A stretch of 64,000 nt of DNA from Octopus vulgaris (GCA_951406725.2 OX597820.1:66588001-66652000); one strand, 5' to 3'; shown: positions 13,996 through 27,600, counted from the first letter of the stretch. Numbers and translations are program-made. Notes: generated from the letters alone by a model not told the origin.

Positions 13996-14185
13996 TCTCC
14001 CCCTTTTGGGAGATTTTCATTGTTATAATCTTTCATTGTTAAACTGTTTTTTATTCGATTTTACAAATGAACAAAACCCTTTGTAACCTTTCATCCTGTT
14101 TTTATCCCTTTATGTGATAATTGATTTTTGTCAGCCCTTGTGGCCAATAAAAGAATTAATCATTATTATTATTATTATTATTATT

Positions 14186-14365
14186 GAGTGAGAGAGCAGC
14201 ACATGCCATCAAAGTGACACTGGGAAACAAATAAACAAAGTCCTGTATACGCATCGTGATAAGGGTACATCAGACACATGCATTGCAACCATATGTGTGT
14301 GTGACATGGTGATCTTGTATCGGGATAAACAGCACATGATCTTGCAGATGGGGCCCAGTTAGAAC
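14186..14365 (-). mobile_element. 3' UTR remnant related to the Dong/R4-like element at 56300
   Basis: (TTA)n-GAGTGAGAGAGCAGCACATGCCATCAAAGTGACACTGGG is the near reverse complement of 56597-56635. Confidence 0.6.
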
Positions 14366-14369
14366 AGCT

Positions 14370-14784
14370 TTTGTAGTAGTAGTGGTAGTGGTGGTGGTGG
14401 TGGTGGTAGTAATGGTAGTGGTAGTAGTAGTAGTGGTGGTGGTGGTGGTAGTGGTGGTGGTCATGGTAGCCATTGTTGTTAGTCAGCTTAGTAGATGTAG
14501 AAATAGTTAAATGTTTTAACTGGTGCTCTCTACTACTAGTAGTAGTAGTAGCAGCAGCAGCAGTAGTAGTAGTAGTAGTAGTGGTGGTGGTGGTAGTAGT
14601 AATAGTTGCAGTGGTAGTAGTAGCGGTGGTGGTGGTAGTAGTAGTAGTAGTAGTGGTGGTAGTGGTGGTAGTAATAGTTGCAGTGATAGTAGTAGTGGTA
14701 GTGGCGGTTGTGGTGATGGTAGTAGTAGTAGTAGTAGCAGCAGCAGCAGCAGTGGCAGTGGTGGTGTTAGTAGTAGTAGCGGTG

Positions 14785-14817
<33 letters not shown>

Positions 14818-14875
14818 ATAATAGTAGTAGTAGTAGTAGTAGCAGCAGTGGTGGTAGTAGTAATAGTAGTAGTAA
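14370..14875. repeat. Compound (AGT/GGT/AGC)n microsatellite
   Basis: Degenerate trinucleotide array; source of the poly-V/S/L ORFs. Confidence 0.9.
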
Positions 14876-16312
14876 GTGTTGCTTTTGATCGATTTGGTTA
14901 AACATGTAAAAGCAGTCCAAAATAATCTTTTTGAACGGTCTGCTGCTTCTTTCTTCTTGCTTACAATTTACAGCAAGAAATGGTTGACCACTTACAGATA
15001 GCCATGCAACGTTGCGTACACTGTTTGCAACAATCTTTGCAGCCTTAACACCAAATTCCCCCTTTCTTTCTTTCTTTCTTTAACCTGCACTTATTCGCAC
15101 CCTTACGCACCCCCCCCCCCCAACCCCCCAGCAACACCCCCAAACCTCAATATGTGTCGACGACCCCGTTCCTCTTGTCCCCTTCTTCGTTGCTCTGCTT
15201 TCCGTTGCTGTTCTCCAACCATTTCAGGTCCGAAACTCTTTCGTTGCTATCAGGGTTTTTCTGTTTCTGTCTCACTCTCTCTCACTTTATCTCACTCTCT
15301 CTCTCTCTCTCCCACTCTCTCTCCCCTTTCTCTTTCTCCTCTCTCTTACTCTCTCTCTCTCTCTCTTAGACACACACACACACTCTTTATCACTCTCTCT
15401 CCCCCTCTTAAACACACATACACACACTCTTTATCACTCTCTTTCTCTGTCACTCATTTTCTCTATCACTTTCTGTATTACGCTCTCACTTTCCTTTCTC
15501 TATCAGTCACTTTCTTTCTCTTCTTTCTCTCTCACTAACCCTCTCTTGTGTTCTCTTTCCCTCCCACTCTCCCTTGTTTTCCTTTCTCCTCTTCCTCTCA
15601 TTATGAGAGTCAATGTACCTTCGTTTCTTTCTGCCTTTCTGTCTTCCTCTCTATATTAATGCGTGACTATCTGTTTCTCTCCATCTCTTCCTCTCACTCT
15701 TTTTCAATATCATTATGTGTGTGTGTGTGTGTGTGTATGTGTGTACTTTTGAGAGTATGTGTATATGTATGTGAGTGTGTGTGTGTATATGTTTTTGAGA
15801 GTATGCGTGCGCATCCAGTTCTCTAAACTACACACCTTATGCATTATTCTCTTTGAATTCCTCCTTTCCAAAATGGTTTCTGAAGAGAAATATCCAAATG
15901 TTTATGTATAATTTCACTTTTGCAAAACGCATATGTACACTGTCATAAACAAACACACAGAAACACAAGCACACCCACAAACAAACGTTTACATATACAT
16001 ATACACGTTCATGAATACACTCACACGCGTACACACATGCCTGAATGGACACACTGAAACACTCGCAAATACACAAACACACACACACACACACACATAT
16101 ACATGGGTACAGGAATATACATAGAGAATATGAATAGACAAAACACACGCACTCCCACACACAAACATATATATATATACACATCCATGAATACACCCAC
16201 ACACGCACACACACACACGTCTGAATGGACAAACTCAAACACTCATGAATATACAAATGCACACACATACACACACAAACATAAATACAGAAATACACAG
16301 GTAACTTACGTG

Positions 16313-16355
<43 letters not shown>

Positions 16356-16644
16356 ATGTGTGTATATGTATATGTGTGTATATATATATGTGTGTATATA
16401 TATATGTGTGTATATATATGTATATGTGTGTGTATATATATATATGTGTGTATATATATATGTGTATGTATATATATATATATGTATATATATATGTATA
16501 TATACATACACAAACACATACATGTAAGTGCACACACACATACACATAGCATATCCCTCTTCATTGCGTTAAAGTTGTAATTACTCTATTGCCATTGTTG
16601 TTGTTATTGATGTTGTTGTTGTTACAATTGCTGTACTTAAAATA

Positions 16645-16676
16645 TTGACAATATTTCTTCTCTTTTCTAGGTAAGT
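16645..16676 (+). promoter_or_regulatory. Candidate recursive splice site (3'ss directly followed by 5'ss)
   Basis: TTGAC branch-like motif, pyrimidine tract TTTCTTCTCTTTTC, TAG|GTAAGT. Confidence 0.45.
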
Positions 16677-16940
16677 GCAACTTTATTGATAACCCACCAA
16701 TCACTGCTCCCCTTTGATGCCATCGTCTTTATTATTAATATTATTATTATTATTATTATTATTATTGTTATTGGCATTATTAATAATAATAATATTATCA
16801 TCATCACAACAATAGGTATGTATATCATTATTGTTTTTTGTTAGTGTTGGGTTTTTCATTTTTGATTGTTTTTTTTTTTCTTGATAATCTATTGATAGTT
16901 CCTTCTGTTTGCCATTAAGAGAAAAAATTATTTCTGGTAG

Positions 16941-16942
<2 letters not shown>

Positions 16943-17004
<62 letters not shown>

Positions 17005-17026
17005 TTATTACTATTATTACTATTAC

Positions 17027-17059
<33 letters not shown>

Positions 17060-17109
17060 ATATTATTATTAATTTATTACTATTATTACTATTATTATTA
17101 TTATTATTA

Positions 17110-17152
<43 letters not shown>

Positions 17153-17155
17153 CAT
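16943..17155. repeat. (ATT)n microsatellite array
   Basis: Interrupted ATT runs, with AATTTATTACTATTATTACTATTA duplicated. Confidence 0.9.
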
Positions 17156-17286
17156 TACAATGACAATTTTCCAGGCGAGTGATGGATGATGAGAACATTG
17201 CAGAGTTGTATGCGTGTGTGTGTGTGTATGTGTGTGTGTGTGTGTACAGTTATTGCAGCTGCCACTTATACATATATAATGTCTTT

Positions 17287-17332
<46 letters not shown>

Positions 17333-18339
17333 GAACACATATACACATGCCAGTGTATGTGTGTACTTGTATAAATATCTATGTATGCAAAGTATGTTCT
17401 ACAAATGTTTTGTATGTTGTAACTTATATAAATACAATAAATATATATAAATATATGGTTTTTTTTTTTTCAGAATATTTAATTCAGTTATATATTTATC
17501 ATGTAAACTTACATCATTACACTAAATATTTTAACAAGTTTTCTGTTATTTATCTGCTCAATTAGTTCTTCCTGTACTAGATATTCCTCTATTTGGAAAG
17601 TCATGAAAATGTTATACTCTACAAATATGTGCCTCATATTATATATATATACAATATGATAGTAGCAAGCAGTGAGAATGTGGGCCCAATATTGATGTGG
17701 ATTATCTCCCTTCTTATGTGGAATGCTTGAAAAATTGTGAAACCTCATGCATGAAACCACTGGTAGCCCTCTTTATCGACAGATAAAGAATATGTGTGTG
17801 TGTGTGTCTATTATATCTATTGTGTGGCAAAATAAGCAGGATTACATATTCCATACCGAAAGGCTTTCTGCAATCTTACAGTTGACTGTACTAGTTATTG
17901 GATTATGAAGGAGCAGATAACAGCCAAATATTTCAAAACAGCATTCAGCACTGTCATGATGGTCACTCATGCAGTCTCTGCTGCCATGAGCCATTCATCA
18001 TGTTGCATCAAGGTATAGGGTTGAAGTGTTTGTTGTGTGTTTTAAAGTAGTGGAGAATGAATTTGTTCTTGTGTCAGTCAGGTGAAATAAATTCCATAAT
18101 TTGGGTTAAGAATTGGAGGAGTAGAGTAGTGAAAATGATGTGAAATTTCTGTGCTTTTGTTTAGTTAATTCCAGTTTAGTTGATTCCAGGTCTGGGATCA
18201 AAGGTATTCCACCTGTGATTTTCAAATGCGGGGAAATCTCCTTAGAAGTAGTTGATTCTTTCTGTTACCTAAGTGACTGAATGAAGGGCAGAGCAAAAGT
18301 GGGAGAGTAAATGTTGATTTTTCATTTCTTATCTTTTTG

Positions 18340-18685
18340 TTTTTTGGCTTGTTTTAGTCACAATGGCAGGACTGCCTTGTAGGATTGACTTGAACAATCA
18401 ACTTCGTTACTTATATTTTGAGTCTTGTGCTTATTTTATTGGTCCCTGTTGCCAAACCCCTAAGTTATAGAGATGTAAACAAATCAACACTGGTTGCTAA
18501 GTGTTGAGACAAACACACACACACACACACAACAAGCTTCCACACAGTTTCCATCTACCAAATTTACTTACAAGGCATTGGTCAACCTGGGGCTATAGTA
18601 GAAGACACTTGTCCAAGGTGCCATGCAGTGGGACTGAACCTAGGCCCATGTGGTTGGGAAGCAAATTTCTTACCACACAGGTACA
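18340..18685 (-). mobile_element. SINE family B copy
   Basis: GGCTATAGTAGAAGACACTTGTCCAAGGTGCCATGCAGTGGGACTGAACC. Confidence 0.75.
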
Positions 18686-18705
18686 CCTACACACACACAC
18701 ACATG

Positions 18706-18755
<50 letters not shown>

Positions 18756-20689
18756 TTATGCATATATGTGTATATGTGTGAGAACACCAGAGAAGGGAAC
18801 AGTATCATGTCAGCCCTTTAAGACCTACCAAATAGCATGAGGGTCTTTCATCTTCCTTTCTGTCCTCCATCTCACCTTCCTCTCCTTCTTTTATCTCTAC
18901 TCTCCTTCCTCCTCCCTGTCACCTACTCTGACCTCCCTAAAAACTATATTTAAAGAAAATCTTCATCCAATAAATAGTCTCCATTTACTATAAAAACATC
19001 GGAAACAATAAAATATTTGAAAGGGGATTTCCTCCCTCTCCTTCTTCTTGTCCAGTTTCTTTAATTATTTCTTTATTTAACTAACACTGACCACCAACAA
19101 CAACAACACCGCCAAACCACCACCATCAACACTAACACCAACACTGCCACCACCACCTTCAACGCCAACACCACCTCCAACACCACAGCTAACATTTCCT
19201 ACATCAACAACAACACTACCATCATCAACACCATTGCCACCTCCAACACTACCGACATCACCAGCATAGCCGACACCACCACCAACACCACCACCACCAT
19301 CAACACCAACACTGCTAACACCAACACCACCTTCTACACCATGGCTAACATCTCCAACACTACCACCACCACCACAACCAACTCTATAGACATTACTAAC
19401 ATAGCCGACACCATCACCACCAATGTCACCACCAATACCAACATCACCACCACCAACAAGTTCAACCAGTTGTTTGAAGGGGTCACTGGTATAGCATAGG
19501 TATTCTACAAATAGTCAGAAGCAGAGATGAGCTCAGAGCTCAATTGGATATGAATTTCCAAAGATCTGATGTTTGGAAGAAGGTGGCTTGGAGGTGGGTG
19601 GAGTTCTTTTGACAAGCTTACAAAAGATTTTCAGTGAGAAGGGCTGCTTGCCTTTTCTTTCTTCATTTCCTATTTTTTTCAATTTTTTTTTTATTATTTC
19701 TATTTTTTTGTTTTATTATCCTCATCTTCCTTTATTTACTATCCCATTATTCTAAACACATTCCATTTGATTGGTCCATCATGTCTGCTCTCTGAAGTAT
19801 GTTCCCTGCTTTAGTATCAAATTTACTTTATAATAATAACTGGCTGTAGTTATTCAAGCCAAAAGCAGCTTGCAGTCCAGTCTCTCTTATATAGCCATTC
19901 AAGTGGACATGTCAAACACACTGCCTTTCTGATACACACACGTGTGTGTGTGTGTGTGTGTGTATGTACAAACCATCACAGAAGAGTACACAACATACAC
20001 ACACACACACACACATGTGCACACAAATTAAAGATTGACAAGAATTCTGAAGTTTCAACAGCTCCTATGAAACTTCAAAGCCACTATCGTTGAAAATGAT
20101 AATAAACATTAGTCTTTTTATATAATAGTGTGTACTTTATTCTATCAGGATTCATTGCTTTTTGTAGGCCTATAAAGGCACTCATTTTGTATCTGTGTGT
20201 ATATGTGCATATGCATTTTGTGTGTTTGTGCATATACATTTTGTGTGTGTGTGCATATACATTTTGTGTTTGTCTGTGTATGTGTGTGTATATGTATATA
20301 TATGTATATATATACATACACGCACACACACACATACACACACACACACACACGTGTGTATATAGAGGTAATATACTCACCTGCCAATTGATTTGTTCTG
20401 AGAATGTGTGTTCAAACTAAAACAATTGTAGCATGGAAGATATTGGATGATAGATATTAGTCATTCAGATACTAAACATTTACTGTTTGGCATCAGAATT
20501 TTCATCATACTTGCTGCGACCATGTCACTGACACAGATGTATTGAGAGGTAAATATAGATATATTAATGTTTGTTTTTATGATGAGTTATAATAAAATAA
20601 AAACAGTTTTACATTAAACTGAAGGATTAGTCGATGCTTCCTGTAAAATCCATAGTATTCTTGAACAATAGTTATCACAAAGTTATCAA

Positions 20690-20808
20690 CCACCTCACCA
20701 ACAACAACACTGAACACCTTTTTGATCTCCATGTGTCTAACACACGTTAGATGAGTTGTAGTGCACCTGAGCACTGTACACAATTATTATTATTATTATT
20801 ATTATTAT
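20690..20808 (+). mobile_element. Internally deleted 3' end of the same CR1-group family as 44354-44803
   Basis: Shares CACCTTTTTGA...TCTAACAC and GAGTTGTAGTGCACCTGAGCACTGTACACAAT, followed by (TTA)n. Confidence 0.55.
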
Positions 20809-21663
20809 AATATTCCTGTGAAAATAGAATAAATATAGATAGGTAGATTGCTTTGTTAGGATTAAAGGTAATGGCTGTAGCCTTTCTCTGCACCTTGAAG
20901 ACTAGTGGAAGTGAAGGAGGGAAGAAGTCCTCCAACCTGGGGCCTGGTCCAGTGTATATGCTTCCAACAGAGTAGACTCTGATTCTGTTAAAAAAACACC
21001 CTGGGACTAGGTGATGGTGTTAAATCAGACAATGAATGAATGAGAAAAAACACCAAGTGATGCCATCTGCATGAAAAATACAGTCCAGTTAAGGACATGT
21101 TTTGTGTTTGAAAGACAGTGATCACAATACATTAACACACACACACACACACACACACATTGTTCTCCATGTAGTGAGTGTGGAGAATTCTTTCTCTGAC
21201 GATGATCTCAGAAGACTAGAAACTAGTCAGATTTTTTCCTCTCCTTCGAAAGAGAGAGAGGCGAGGAGGGAAAATGTGTGGTACAGCAGTTTTGTTTAGT
21301 TTTCATAACATTAAAATTATGTTTATTTTAAAGGGGCTATATTTTTCATTTACAATTATTAGGCAGAGCAGTCTTGCACTTTGTGCTTCCCAGGTGTTAC
21401 AATAAAGTTTATTGTTTTAAAGCAAGTTTAGTAACAAAATAGAACATATACCGATGATGGAACTTAACCTAACTTAACCCATTAGGCTAGTCAGCTCCTG
21501 TTAAACTGTCCGACCCATGCCAGCATGGAAAACGGACGTTAAATGATGATGAGGATAATATGTGTGTGTGTGTGTGTGCATCCACTATGAATGGTAAAAG
21601 CTGATGAAACACACCTATGTTCATATATGCACACATTTAAAACCATACAGCATGCATGTGCAT

Positions 21664-21702
<39 letters not shown>

Positions 21703-22653
21703 ATCTATGAGTATGTGTCTACGTATATATGCATACATATAAAACTATACTACATGAATATGTGTGCATGTATGTATGTCTTTGTCCGTTTTTTTTTTTT
21801 TTTTCTGTTTTCCCACCTTTCAGTTTGTTTACCTAGCTGACTGTCTTATTGGAAAATTTTCCAGCTAGGATTTGAAGGGTGCCTGCTAAACATCCTCTAC
21901 CTCACTGTAGTTGTTGTTGTTGTTGTTGTTAATCCTTGCAACTGGAGTTTTTATCATCATAATCATGATCATTATTATCATTATTATTATTATTATTATT
22001 GCCATTCATCATCATCATCAATCTATTTGAAAGGACCACTCAAAATCTTTGTTAGTCATGTTCATGTTCATGAGAAAGGGCTGATTAAACTAACAGTGGT
22101 GTTGGTGGTGGTGGTGGTGGTGGTGGTGCCCGTGCTGGTGGTAGTGGTGCTGGTGGCAGTGGTGGTGGTCGTGGTTGAACTGGAATGTTTATTTTAAATA
22201 ATTACCTCTTGACTATGTCAATATTGCAGCTATTGTCGCACCCAGAGGAGAGGTTTTCCTGTTGTTTATACATTTTTTTCACAAGCTTAGAAATCCCTGG
22301 GCACTGTATACCCACTCCATCTCACCTACAACCCACCCACACTCCTTTAATACCTACCTACCTACCTTCAAGCCTCAGGTAGACATAGAGGCATGCACAG
22401 GTGGGTATTAGTGAATATAAGTGACAACTAGAATAGTTCGGTTGGTTATTTATAAGATCACACCTTCAGTGCCTTACATATGTTGAACCTTATGTCCGTG
22501 CCATCCCCCCACCGTTATTTGTTTTGGTGGGGGAGGTGCGTATATATGAGTGTGTGTGTATGTGTACATGTGTGTATGTAGCATATGTTGACCCTTACAT
22601 CTGTGCCTCCACTATTATTTGTGTGTTTGGAGGGGTGTATATATGTGTATGTA

Positions 22654-22701
<48 letters not shown>

Positions 22702-22925
22702 CATGTGATTTTGTGTGTATATATATATATCTGTGTGTTTGTGTTGTGTATGTGTCTATGCACTTGTGTGTGTGTGTAATTATGAATTTATGTATGTGCA
22801 TGTATGTATGTATATAAATACACACACATACATGTGTGTTTATATATGTACACGTGTGTAGGTATAGATATGTATGTGTGCATGTGTGTATATATATATA
22901 TATATATATATGGATGTGTGTATGC

Positions 22926-22963
<38 letters not shown>

Positions 22964-23933
22964 ATACATATGCATGTATTCATAGATGTGTGTATGTGTG
23001 ACTGACTTAACACATGTTAAAACAGAGTCAGTGTTCATTGGCTTTTGTATTCAGATGTCATCCAAGTAATTATTTCATTCAGCATATCTTTGTACAACAT
23101 TGATCCCTTGTGTGAAGTGCGTGATTTAACATGAAAATGAAGCCCTTTCCATATACTTGCTTTTGTGCGTGTGTGTGTATTTGCATGTGTATACACAGAC
23201 ATATAAGTGTGTATGTGTGCCTATATATATATATATATATAGGCAATTGATGATGAACGACAAATGTAAATACAAAACAACAAAAGTTCATGGAATGTTC
23301 ACAGCGAATATTATTAGTTTGATGCCTGAAGAAATTTCAGAGTAAAAATAAAATGTAGCAGATATATGTATTATAAGCATATGTATGTATAGAATTATGG
23401 TGTGTATACACATGCTTCTATATTTAATGGTTGCCTTCCAGAAATACGTTATCTCCATCTTCCTATATTTGATGTTGATGTAAACCAACACTGGTTTTTG
23501 TTTGATAAATTCTCCATCATCTCTCTTCTCTGCCTGTTTGTAAATTAACCATCAGCCATTCTGTCTGTCATCAGTCACAATCACTAAGTTCTTACTTGAA
23601 GTCAGTCAAACCCTTGAAATAAATCATTTTGTTACTGGTTCTCATCATCAGACAAATTTAGTTGATCTGTTCAATCTTGTTGGCACTTGTATAAAATTGA
23701 TTTCTATTCTTTGATCCACTAAGTTCCGTGATTTACACATCTTAATGTGTTTTAGCCACCACAACTAGGACCATACTGGAGCATTCATTAACAGAAGTAA
23801 ATGTTGCTTGACATTCTTGAAGCCAATGGTTATTGGTGTTCTTTTAGTTCCAGTTATCTGTTAAAGCATTCCAATGATCAAACACATTCCAGCTACGATC
23901 ATCTCATCTTTTTGTTTTTTATTCCACATTTAA

Positions 23934-24145
23934 CTCTTTCGTTACTGTATTTATTTTGAGATGCTCTGAATTTCTTTCAATTATTTTAAATATAACAAAG
24001 AATTTAGTAAAATAACTTACAGTTATCATTAAGCTTGTGTTAGGAACATAACTTGTGACTAATGTTTGGAGGAAAATTTTAATTCAAAACTTATGAAAAC
24101 AAAACATTTGTACTACAGAGCCAGATCTGGTTGGTAATGAAAGGG
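23934..24145. mobile_element. piggyBac-like MITE, family 2
   Basis: TTAA|CTCTTTCGTTAC...GTAATGAAAGGG|TTAA; internal sequence matches 35639-36082. Confidence 0.75.
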
Positions 24146-24149
24146 TTAA

Positions 24150-24328
24150 ACCAGCCATATCAACCTGGCCAGATCCAGCCTCTCTCTCTCGCCTGTTCTA
24201 CAATGTCATTCTAAAAATAAACAATCACATTCTCAAAATTTTGATGCTATGAGATATTGCAGGATTAATTAAAACCAATGTGAATAAGTAAGCATTACAT
24301 TTGACAGTGCATTCTGTATAATAAAGGG
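24150..24328. mobile_element. piggyBac-like MITE family 1 remainder
   Basis: Matches 4619-4797 (CCAGCCATAT, TGGCCAGATCCAGC, ATTACATTTGACAG) and ends AAAGGG|TTAA. Confidence 0.7.
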
Positions 24329-24532
24329 TTAAGATATGGTGTACTCATCCATCAAAGACCAGATAATCCATCATTAAATAGATTATATATCTTTTCTCCT
24401 TTTGAGGAATTATGTACATTATTCTACTGGACCCTCATAGCTATTTGATGTTTAAAAAATTCTATATTCATAATTAAATATTATTATTTTGTGTATTGTA
24501 GAAGTATGACCAGTTTATTGCACATTTATCGC

Positions 24533-24741
24533 AGGCATGGCTGTGTTGTAAGAAGCTTGCTTCCCAACCACTCGGTTCCGGGTTCAGTCCCAGTGTGTGG
24601 CACATTGAACAAGAGTCTTCTACAATATAACCTTGGGCCTTGTGAGTGGATTTGGTAGACAAAAACTGAAAGAAGCCCATTATATGTGTGTGTGTGAGTG
24701 TATGTATATATATATATGTGTGTATACATATGTGTGCGCAT

Positions 24742-24799
<58 letters not shown>

Positions 24800-24950
24800 A
24801 TGTGTGTGTGTGTGTGTGTGTATGTATTTATGTGAGTGTCTTTGTGTCTCTGCTTGTCTCCCCAGCATTGCTTGACAACCAGTGTTGGTGTGTTTTCATC
24901 CCCATAAATTAACAGTTCAGCAAAGAGATCAATAGAATAAGTACTAGGCT
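24533..24950 (+). mobile_element. SINE family B copy with an expanded internal microsatellite
   Basis: tRNA-like head TGGCTGTG.TG...GGTTCAGTCCC, internal (TA)n/(TG)n, then GATCAATAGAATAAGTACTAGGCT; truncated by an RTE-related repeat. Confidence 0.8.
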
Positions 24951-25497
24951 CCAGTCTGATCTGGCAGTGTTTCTACAGCTGGATGCCCTTCCTAACGCCA
25001 ACCACTCCGTGAGTGTAGTGGGTGCTTTTTACGTGCCACCGGCATGGAAGCCAGCCAAGGCGGCGCTGGCATCAGCCACGTTCGAATGGTGCTTTTTACA
25101 TGCCGCTGGCAAGGGTATCACAACTACAATTTCCATTTGATTTTTATTTTGATGTTGATGTACTTGACACAATAGGCTTCCTGAAGCACAGCAGGTCGCC
25201 TTACGATCCAAGGTAAGCACAGCAGGCCGTCCTGCGATCCAAGGTGCTTTGAATGGGCTAAGACTGGTTGTGTGAAGCTGGTGTAGGATACAGCCATGAA
25301 CTCACTTTATTTGTCGGGTCTTCACAGTCACAGCATATCTCCAGAGGTCTCAGTCCTTCGTCATTGCTTCTGTGAGGCCCAACATTTGACCACCTCATCC
25401 CATGTCTTCCTGGATCTACTTCTACCCCGGATTCCTTCAACTGTTTGGGAGTGGCACTTCTTCACACATCTCTCCTCATCCATCCGTAGTACATGCA
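24950..25497 (-). mobile_element. RTE-clade LINE 3' end with long 3' UTR
   Basis: Minus strand HVLRMDEERCVKKCHSQTVEGIRGRSRSRKTWDEVVK, then LGLTEAMTKD*DLWRYAV, continuing into the abundant GGAAGGGCATCCAGCTGTAGAAAC repeat. Confidence 0.75.
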
Positions 25498-25865
25498 TAT
25501 GCATACAAATCTATATACATACATGCTTGCATATACATTGTAACTGCATTCTCATCCCTCTTGGATTGTTTTCTTTCTTTCACTTTCTCTCTCCGCTCTC
25601 TGTCTCACTACATTTCTCTCTATTTCTTTGCCATCTCTCTCTCTCTCTCACTCGCTCTGTTTTTTCTTACATTCTACATGACGAAGAGAGAAGTAGATGA
25701 GGAAAGACAGACAACTCAATAGTCGTTATCTATATATAGCATCTACCTAATTCCTTTTAGGTCAGTTATTCCGTATTGATGAGAGGTAGTGGCGAGGGGG
25801 AGAAATAATGTGTTCAAAAACTTTTTACCTTTTTTCTATCTTCATCGTCATCCAACATAATAATG

Positions 25866-25907
<42 letters not shown>

Positions 25908-27250
25908 GGAAGAACAATTTCTTCATTTTTTTTTTTTGTTTTCTGCTTTTTAATAATAAATAGAGAAACACAAACATGCATCAAAATATGAAATTAACCT
26001 TCCAAAAGATGCTCATCATCATCATCATCATCATCATTTTTGTTATTATTTATTATTATTATTATTATTGTTGTTGTTATTATTTCTTAATTTCTACGAG
26101 TACTCAATAGGTGATTTAGAATTGGCAATAAGTTTGGCAGAGAGGTGTGCATGTGGTGATGAGGGTGGTGTGGGTGAGTGGTTGGAAGGAGAGAGAGAGA
26201 GAGAGAGAAAAGAGGATTTTTAAGCTGTTGTAGAAAACAAACAAAAAGAAACAACAGCAAAAAAAAAATAGAACAAAAAATACAAACAAACGAACTAATA
26301 AACAAACAAACGATAATAATAATACAACAAAGTAAAATGTTGAAAGCCTGTCAATGATATTTTGATGATAACTTGGATTCTTAAGCTTAGAAATGGTGTG
26401 TTGTTTGAAAAGTTTCCAGAAAACCTTCTCAAAGAGATCTTTTAGCATCTGTTACAGGAATTGATTTAGACATTTCATAATGAGATATACATTTGGCAGT
26501 ATCGATTCCATCAGGTTCTTTTTTTTCTTTCTCCTTTTTTTTTTTTTTTTTACTGTTGTATTTTTTTTGTTTCTGCATCATTTCTTCATATAATATTCCA
26601 GTTGTTTGGTTAAAAATTTCTGAAACTTTACTTAAACTGTCAGAAAATCAGAGAAAGTTGGGGTTTTTTTTTTTTTTACCTTTTTCATTTTTTTTTTTTA
26701 GCTTTTTCATTTTTTTCTCTTCTTTTCATTTTTTTTTTGCCAAAATTACAAGAAAAATTTTTTTTTTATATTTAAAATTTTTCGGAATTTTTTTTTTTTA
26801 TATGGCTTAGTTCAGGAGGAGGTGAAGAAGAAGGATGTGGAGAAGTAGCACCCTTGACTTTTTAGTGAATCCTCCTCCTAAATTGGCTGGTGGGATCAAT
26901 ACGGTTGATTATGTCCAATACAAGAACATCTCATTAGTGAATATCTGAAAAGAGGAGAGGGAAATATGTGAGTAGGGATGGTCATCCTAGAAGAGGGAAT
27001 GATTAGGTAAAGTAGCTACATGTTGTTGTTGTTGTTGCTACTGCTTTTCTTGTTCTTGTTGTTTAGCTCCAGGTCAACTCTTATTAAGCAGAATTATCAA
27101 CAGACACACATGTGGCAGTGTAGTAAGACGTTTACATCTCAACCTCATGCTCTGGGTTCAATCTCAATGCATGGCACCTTGGCAGGTATCTTCTATTACA
27201 GCCCCAGGCCAACCACATTTCTATCTATCTATCTCGCAAGAGTGGTATAA

Positions 27251-27412
27251 GGTGCAGGAGTGGCTGTGTGGTAAGTAGCTTGCTTACCAACCACATGGTT
27301 CCGGGTTCAGTACAACTGTGTGGTACCTTGGGCAAGTATCTTCTTCTATATACTCAGGCTAACCAAAGCCTTGTGAGTGGATTTGGTAGACGGAAACTGA
27401 AAGAAACCCATC

Positions 27413-27464
<52 letters not shown>

Positions 27465-27600
27465 TTGTGTGTCTATTTGTCCTCCCACCATCACCTGACA
27501 ACTAATGTTGGTGTGTTTACGTCCCTGTAACTTAGCAGTTTGGCAAAGGAGAACGATAGAATGAGTACTAAGCTTACAAAGAACAAGTTTTTGGGGTCAA
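27251..27600 (+). mobile_element. SINE family B copy (a partial head also lies at ~27110-27215)
   Basis: GGAGTGGCTGTGTGGTAAGTAGCTTGCTTACCAACCACATGGTTCCGGGTTCAGT...ACCTTGGGCAAGT. Confidence 0.85.

Noticed and set aside
19088-19460. Mucin-like Thr-rich coding region
   Set aside because: Degenerate (ACC/AAC)n microsatellite without start or splice context.
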